A stretch of DNA of 64,000 bases, from contig JYFJ02000983.1 of assembly GCA_000934665.2 (NCBI GenBank), forward strand, positions 1 through 64,000. The letters run 5' to 3'. Below, piece after piece: positions 57,431 to 64,000 of the stretch (positions are counted from its first letter, which is position 1; every line of letters starts with the position of its first letter). The position numbers and the translations under genes are program-made. A model generated the notes under the pieces. It did no database searches. It was not told the origin of the DNA and worked only from the letters and a program-made list of their open reading frames with translations. This stretch comes from Catajapyx aquilonaris (taxonomy: Eukaryota).

Positions 57431-58850
57431 CATGGTGTCCCACTACTTCCCGAACCGGCAAAATGGCGCATAACTGGTAAACCACTTCATGTAGGGCGAT
57501 GAAATTTTACAGGGACATAGCTTGATCCATGAGAAAAACTGGCTGCAGGTGTGTGCTGAGCGGAATAAGGCGCAAGCATGTACCGCTACACTCTGGAAGA
57601 GCGCGTGTTTCTGGTGCGCACGTACTGGAGAACCCAGTCATTCAAGCAGTGTCAAGTGGAATTCGTGAAGAAGTTTGGTGGCCGGAAGCCTCCGGTAAAA
57701 TCGTGTATCCATGATTTGGCTACTTTCAGCAGAACGGAGCAACATGCCACATATTGAGGGTCAGCATGGCCGTCATCAATTCCTTCTTCCCAGGCCCAGT
57801 CATTTCCTAGGGGATTTGGCCACCACGATCACCCGATTTAACTCCACCAGATTATTTCCTGTGGGGTTACCTAAAAGGACAGGTCTACAAAAACAAACCA
57901 AGAACTATCCCAGCACTGCAGGAAAATATCCCTTACGCCAGCGGTTCCCAACCTTTTTTCACTTACGTACCCTCTGGCGGCCCATTCCCATAAATTGTAC
58001 CCCTTATCCCTAATGGAGAATGTTTGTAATAAATACCTGCTGTTATTTTAAATATAGGCTGTAACAGGAAATAAATTAATCAGTAATAGGATAATAATGC
58101 AAAGCAACAATAAGATATACAAAGCATATATTTTTACATTCAAATTCAAATGATACTTAAAGATTAACATATGTAATTATTATTAATAGTTAATATGCGC
58201 GCACACGTCCATATATTTGGAATCTTGTTTCATGAATAACATAACACACAGGAAATGTTCAATGAGTTTCTTGACCTTGTTTTGAACCACATAATTTCTT
58301 GAAATCTGGTTCAATTGATGTCAGATACAGTCTCAAATCTGGACTTGCACTGAGCTTATTGAGGTATTTATTTTTTATAAATGTATAAGACGAGAAAGCC
58401 CTCTCCACCAGCTCCGTACTGGTAAATGGCATAAGAAACTGAAGCGCCTTGTCGCTCAACTGTTCATATTCTCTGCTGATGTCTGCCCAAAAACTGAAGG
58501 ATTTCCCTTTGCAGTCAGCCAGGTGCAATATATTGATTAATCCGCCATTGCTCCTTTTCTTTCGCGTACCCCTGACCATCCTGCGGCGTACCCCCGGGGG
58601 TACGCGTACCCCAGGTTGGGAACCGCTGCCTTACGCAATTGAGGGGATAACTCCCGAGATGCTGGCCTGCACTTTCGCGAACATGTTCAGACCTACTTGG
58701 ATGCAAACGGCGGCCACTTTCAGCATCTTCTATGACAATATGTTACTGTTACAGACCAAGGTATGTACCCGTAAGATTTCATCGCCCTACATCAAGTGGT
58801 TTACCAGTTGTGCGCCATTTTCCCGGTTCGGGAGGTAGTGGGACACCCTG
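57431..58850 (+). mobile_element. Internally deleted Tc1/mariner-superfamily (maT/rosa-like) element interrupted by a hAT
   Basis: ~55-bp TIRs (GGTGTCCCACTAC.TCCCGAACCGG.AAAATGGCGCA.AACTGGTAAACCACT). Transposase remnants YTLEERVFLV, WPPRSPDLTPPDYFLWGYLK and NGGHFQHLL. Confidence 0.88.
57939..58628 (-). mobile_element. Non-autonomous hAT (Buster/Charlie-type) nested in the mariner-like element
   Basis: TIR CAGCGGTTCCCAACCT / AGGTTGGGAACCGCTG. Perfect 8-bp TSD CCTTACGC (57931-57938, 58629-58636; nnnTAnnn). Buster-type C-terminal remnant FW...LMPFTSTELVERAFS...DLRLYLTSIEPDF. Confidence 0.93.
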
Positions 58851-59815
58851 TAGCATGGAATGGCACTAGTATTGGATATTATTATATCACTTACGTTGGA
58901 TTTAATCATGGCATATACAGTATTTTGTGATGGATAAAGGGTGATTCCTGCAAATACAAAGGTCATGAATATAGAAATCATTGAGCCAAGGAAATTGAAC
59001 CAGATTATGAGTGGCATTAATATGGTTTTGTTTCTGGATGTTTTGTATTCACAGTTTTGCCCCTGGACAATTTTATCCCCAGAATATTCGCTCCGATGTG
59101 TACAGTGTACAGCCCCATTACATATTTGCCTCCAGGGTATTTGGCCCCACATGGTTTCTCCTCTGAATTTTGTAAAGTGTGTGTCAGTGTGTGGCAATGC
59201 TGCAGTCACTTTGTGTTGGTGTTACATGCATGGCATTGAGGTGACCACACCAGTAATAAATAAATAAATCCGGGTAGTGCTTGGACCCCTCTTGGGGTAT
59301 TGCACGGACCTTTATTTATTGGAACCTTTGACGAAGTGCCCTGGCCCACGGGCAGGATGACAGGAGGGGATGTGCAAGGTGCAGTGCAATGTCTTAAACA
59401 TGGCCATTTTTAGTGAACTCCCCCGGGTGGTTTAGTCTGTTGGAAATACCACCCGAGACGAAACATCCGTGGGCGCGTGTGTTTGTGGGCAGCACCACTC
59501 AGCCTCCCTAAGTTAATGTGACTTACTTTTACCATGGCTACAAAGGAAGCCTAGAACTTTCACATTCAATCAATTTGTCATTTCAAATTATTTCTTGATG
59601 CACCTAGGATGCTTTTTACTTGGCAATGGACCGCCACAGCCAGCTGCATGGCAGACTACAATTAACTTTGATTCCTCTTAAGCATTCACTTTGCAGATCC
59701 CAAAAAGGTGCTGTGCAAGATCCAGCATAATATTGGTACAGTACTTATAGTAATGTAGGATTTCTCCCACCTCTCCCCCATTTTTTGATGAAAGGTTCAT
59801 TTTCAAACCATCATA

Positions 59816-60464
59816 CGAAGAGTGATCAGAAAGTAAGGTCTCCAAGGCTGTAATGTTTATTCTGTATGAACACAAATGACACAACTTACAGGGTACATGA
59901 GGACAATGGACATCTACTTTTCTACACAGTTTCCACACCGAAGAACGCACTTATCCCATCGCCAGACCAGTTTCTCAATCCCTTCCCAATAGAAAGGGGT
60001 GCCCTGTTGACAGCACCAGTCACGCACAGCCTTCTTCACCTCATCGTCGCTTCGGAAATGCTGACCTGCATGTCTGCCCATCTGGACACATTGAGGGACA
60101 CCATGGCTTTGCTGAATGGATACCTCTGGGATGTTCTTCCTCACCCACCCTATAGTCCTGACCTAGCCCTCACAGACTATCACTTATTCAGAGCCCTGAA
60201 AGCAGACATGGCAGGTCAGCATTTCCGAAGCGACGATGAGGTGAAGAAGGCTGTGCGTGACTGGTGCTGTCAACAGGGCACCCCTTTCTATTGGGAAGGG
60301 ATTGAGAAACTGGTCTGGCGATGGGATAAGTGCGTTCTTCGGTGTGGAAACTATGTAGAAAAGTAGATCTCTATTGTCCTCATGTACCGTATAAGTTTCG
60401 TCATTTGTATTCATACAGAATAAAAGTTACAGCCTTGGAGACCTTACTTTCTGATCACTCCTCG
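59816..60464. mobile_element. Mariner-derived foldback element made of two inverted copies of the mariner 3' end
   Basis: TA-flanked; arms 59816-60077 and 60202-60464 are near-identical inverted repeats. Encodes the mariner C-terminus LPHPPYSPDLALTDYHLF...GIEKLVWRWDKCVLRCGNYVEK. Confidence 0.93.
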
Positions 60465-60534
60465 TAATTAGGGAAATGTCCCTTTACAGCACTCAAAATT
60501 GTTACTATAAATATCTTTGTCTAATTTTACGTAG

Positions 60535-61944
60535 ATGCCGCTTCATATGACTTCCACAAACAGAGGAAAGAGGCTCTTGATGGACTGTGGATATAGTTAC
60601 ATCTTCCAGAAGGCAGGGTGTAGCAATAAAGAAATTTGGAAGTGTGAAGAATCATACAAATCTAGATGTCGCGGACGAGTCCATACTCTACATGGTGAAA
60701 TCATCCATCGTAGCGGTACCCATAACCATCCACCGAATGTGGTGCGGCAGGTGGCTAGAGAGGCATATAATGACATGAAGACGCAGGCAGGAAACACTCA
60801 ACATTCCCCTGCACATATCATAGCAGCTGTCATGACGGACAAGCCAGTATCAGTGGTGGCTTCACTCCCTAAGAAGGAATCACTGAAAAGAGCGATCCGT
60901 AGCCAAAGAAATGCCATATTAGCTCCACTTCCTGCTACGCAATCATTGAAGGATATTGAAATCCCAGAACCATTCAACAGCTTCAAAGAGGAGCCATTCA
61001 TCTTATTCGATAGTGGCCCAAGCGATGACAGAATACTCATATTGGGCACAGCCATGAACTTGGATCTCTTGGCCTCTTCAACCAACGTGTTGGCAGATGG
61101 AACATTCAAATCAACCCCTTTGCCATTTAATCAACTTTATACTATCCATGCAATACAATACGAATGCAATATACCTTTGGTTTTTGCACTTCTTCCAGAT
61201 AGAAAAGAGGCCACCTACCAGAAACTTTTTGAGGCACTGAAAAGGTTGAGGCCATCATGGACTCCTGAAGAAGTAATGCTCGATTTTGAAGTGGCAGCAG
61301 AAATGGCTTTCAAGTCTGTGTTTCCTGGCATTAGAGTGCGGGGATGTTTCTTCCACTTCTGCCAAGACCTGAACAGGCACATTACTGGTCATGTACGAGA
61401 AAAGTATCAAGGTAAAGAAGAGCCAGAATTTGCTCTTTGGCTACGTCATCTGCCTGCTCTGGCATTTGTCCCTGCAGAAAATGTGGTGTCCTCCTATGAA
61501 CAGCTTCTGTCTTCACCCTGGTTTGAAAGTAAAGGTGAGCTTTTAGAAGAATTTATTGATTATTTCGAAACCACTTGGATTGGCAAATTTGTTCGGGATA
61601 GGCCACGATGTGCCCCCCAATATGCCGTGGAAATGTGGAACTGCTTCGACCACACCTACAAGGGCATTCCACATACAGTTAGAGCAATCGAGGGATGGCA
61701 TCGAGGGTTTTCGTCAATTCTACCCAGTCATGAGCCCTCCATTTGGAAATTAATTTATGCCCTGAAACTAGAACAAGCCAAGAATGAGGCTGAGATCGAG
61801 CTGGCGATTTCTGGTGTTGCTCCACCAGCGCAGGAAAAAACCTACATGACACGTTCGGAGCAAATCTTGAGGATCACACGACAATTCCAGCACATGGATT
61901 TAATGAAGTACCTTCATGACATTGCCCAAAATTTTGATTTGTAA
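60535..61944 (+). CDS. FLYWCH zinc finger + MULE DDE transposase domain (469 aa); candidate terminal exon A of the 52182 gene
   Basis: FLYWCH motif GYSY...IWKC...CRGRVH...HNH; MULE motifs ADGTF, QLYTIH, PLVFALL, MLDFE, GCFFHFCQ, YFETTW and IEGWH. Immediately preceded by the branch point and acceptor tctaattttacgtag (phase 0). Confidence 0.9.
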   Translation: MPLHMTSTNRGKRLLMDCGYSYIFQKAGCSNKEIWKCEESYKSRCRGRVHTLHGEIIHRSGTHNHPPNVVRQVAREAYNDMKTQAGNTQHSPAHIIAAVMTDKPVSVVASLPKKESLKRAIRSQRNAILAPLPATQSLKDIEIPEPFNSFKEEPFILFDSGPSDDRILILGTAMNLDLLASSTNVLADGTFKSTPLPFNQLYTIHAIQYECNIPLVFALLPDRKEATYQKLFEALKRLRPSWTPEEVMLDFEVAAEMAFKSVFPGIRVRGCFFHFCQDLNRHITGHVREKYQGKEEPEFALWLRHLPALAFVPAENVVSSYEQLLSSPWFESKGELLEEFIDYFETTWIGKFVRDRPRCAPQYAVEMWNCFDHTYKGIPHTVRAIEGWHRGFSSILPSHEPSIWKLIYALKLEQAKNEAEIELAISGVAPPAQEKTYMTRSEQILRITRQFQHMDLMKYLHDIAQNFDL

Positions 61945-62383
61945 GTGTTATAATTTGTTGTTATTTTGAGTGTTTGTGTTAATCAATTGCGTCATTTTGC
62001 AACGGTTTCATGGACAAATTATTTTAAAATTCTGGGGCCAAAGCACTGGAGACCAAAATGCTGTGGGTTCATATGCACTGGGAGCGAATGTTCTGGGGGC
62101 AAAACTGCGGAAACAAACAGTGAGGGATGCCTGAGGTTTTGCCTTTACTTGAAAGTTTGGGTGAGATCTCCCAAGTTCAGTGTGGGATTTTAAATGTGGT
62201 CAGCTGTTGGATGAATTTCCATCAATGTTATGAGTTATTCCAGTAGGCATTCAAGAATATTGAATCCTTTAGTTTTATGAGCTTAGTTTGTGTGATTAGT
62301 AAAAGATTATTATTATTCCTAAATATTTGTAAGAGGAGGATAGCAAAAACCATATGGGTTTGACATCTTGCTCTTAACTGCAG

Positions 62384-62602
62384 ATACAGAAGATCAGATA
62401 CCACACTTTGATGAAAATTAAGGGACCTTATAAGAAATGTCGCCGCCGTTGTGTTGGTTGCTATGCCAGATGGAGGCGCCAGAGTGGGAAGAAGGAAGCA
62501 GATAATAAATCAAAAAAAGTTACTACATATTGTGCAGATTGTGAGAAACAGCCAGTACTTTGCATTGACTGCTTCAATGAAAGACATGTGGAAGTTACCT
62601 GA
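62384..62602 (+). CDS. Isolated piggyBac C-terminal cysteine-rich (zinc-ribbon) domain; candidate terminal exon B of the 52182 gene
   Basis: Acceptor ctcttaactgcag, phase 0. Sequence HTL...RRRCVGCY...KVTTYCADCEKQPVLCIDCFNERH*. AATAAA at ~62806. Confidence 0.75.
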   Translation: MQKIRYHTLMKIKGPYKKCRRRCVGCYARWRRQSGKKEADNKSKKVTTYCADCEKQPVLCIDCFNERHVEVT

Positions 62603-64000
62603 AGGTGGAGTGTCATTTCCATTTTTGCTTTGACAATATTGGTATCTTTGACAATCTCAATGAGCTGCCAGCTGGTGTGGATTAGGGTGCTGCACAGGAC
62701 ACAGTTGTCTGACTTACTTGTAAGTCAACTGGTTAGCAGTGTTGTACAGTGATATTAGTAATAAGACGCGGCGTTTTTTTATTTGTTTACATCGAGTGTT
62801 CATGCAATAAAACTTATAAAATAAAATACTCTTAGTCATTATTGTTTTGAAGAATGCTGCCTACAATTACAAATTATGAATAAGTTGCAATATGAGGCAG
62901 TGATGGCAAAGTTCGGGATTGTGACAGAAGTTGAAGATCCTAAGGGCCACGTCAGACCATGCACGCAGATTAATTCTTCTGATGTACACAGGCTGCCACT
63001 TAGACCATTCCTCTCACTCACCTTGGTTGCATGCATTGGATTTACAAGTTCTAAATCATATGACCAACACATGAATTCACTAGACTGTAAGGGGTTGGCG
63101 CAGGGTTAGGGAGGACCTCTCCCCTCGTCCTTTCAGACATCTGACGTCAGACAAGGAAATCAGTATTAATAATAATCATAATTAAATATTAAATAAGTTC
63201 ACATATTTCAAATACTGCCATTTGACAATATTCCAGAGAAATCAGGAATGTGGCCTGTTCCATGCCTGTTCCACCAAATATGAATTTCTATCCTTTTTTT
63301 TTTCACTTCCTGTTTTCCTCGTCCCACTTGCCTAGACACTCAAAGCCAAAAACATGTTGAAACTGTCGCATTTTGAGGCCAGTCTCATTTGAGTTCGCGC
63401 CACCTGCACTACAGTGGTTTCGGGTTGGTTCAGGCGCCTGCCCAAATCACAAGATCCATGTGGGGATGCACCAGCACCACGGAGGAGACTTTTATATTAA
63501 CTACCATGTTGTAGGAGTTGCATGGGGCTGCTCTGGGCCAAACACCAAACACCTTAGTTCTGTTATGGTTAGCCTTATCCTGACACAAAATCATATCCAA
63601 TAATTTTGCGCACACATTGTTTCTTTATGATGGCATCAGGAGGATTAATGAACAGTGATTAACTCCAGAAATATGGTGTCTGCCATTGATGGCAAAATTT
63701 AAATGGAGAGTTTTGCAAAATGCAGTTGAGCAAATCTAGGTTTGCCCTTTTCAGTTGTCTCAATCATGTACCAGAAACTGAGTTGTTGGATAAAAATATG
63801 TTTCCTATCGATTTCCTGTAGTGTTTACCAGTATACATGGGCAGATTTGAAAGTAGATTTTGTAGATTTGAAATTACTTACTACATTAACATTCACTTTT
63901 AAAAATTGATATGTTTTGTTTCGAGATGTGTTACCTGATATATAGGGATATTGTGCATATGTTCATAAAGATTACTATAATTTTTGTAGCTTAGACATTA

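Larger units (their letters stand above)
59045..62114 (+). mobile_element. Old FLYWCH-MULE (Phantom-like) element footprint with decayed repeat-structured TIRs
   Basis: Left end 59045-59170 (cagttttgcccc..ccagaatattcgctcc..ctccagggtatttggcccca) is an imperfect reverse complement of right end 62026-62114. No TSD recognised. Confidence 0.65.

Noticed and set aside
59255..59510. Possible minus-strand tRNA-derived SINE with a (TTTA)n tail
   Set aside because: A and B boxes are too degenerate and no TSD was found.
63137..63500. Further phase-0 acceptors (~63136 and ~63335) as additional terminal exons of the fusion gene
   Set aside because: The frames close after about 10 and 18 codons with no recognisable domain; unsupported without transcripts.

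Overview
This is gene-dense eukaryotic (arthropod, probably insect) genomic DNA with spliceosomal introns and many small DNA transposons; nothing looks prokaryotic. Genes from left to right: the 3' part of a spliced MULE-transposase-derived gene whose third catalytic residue is Q instead of E; a 13-exon ADAR2-type RNA-editing deaminase with four dsRBDs (one added by a recent tandem 264-nt exon duplication); a CPVL-like serine carboxypeptidase; GBF1/garz (minus strand), head-to-head with GFAT; a secreted Pro-rich orphan protein; an ankyrin-repeat protein; a divergent roadblock dynein light chain. The last gene is a candidate host-transposase fusion: three common 5' exons (coiled coil plus VKEEP linker) can splice in frame either to an intact FLYWCH-MULE transposase exon or to an isolated piggyBac cysteine-rich-domain exon. 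The strongest leads are this alternative transposase-exon gene, the four-dsRBD ADAR, and a chain of candidate microexons in GFAT. All exon structures were read by hand from splice signals and reading frame, with no transcript or database evidence.
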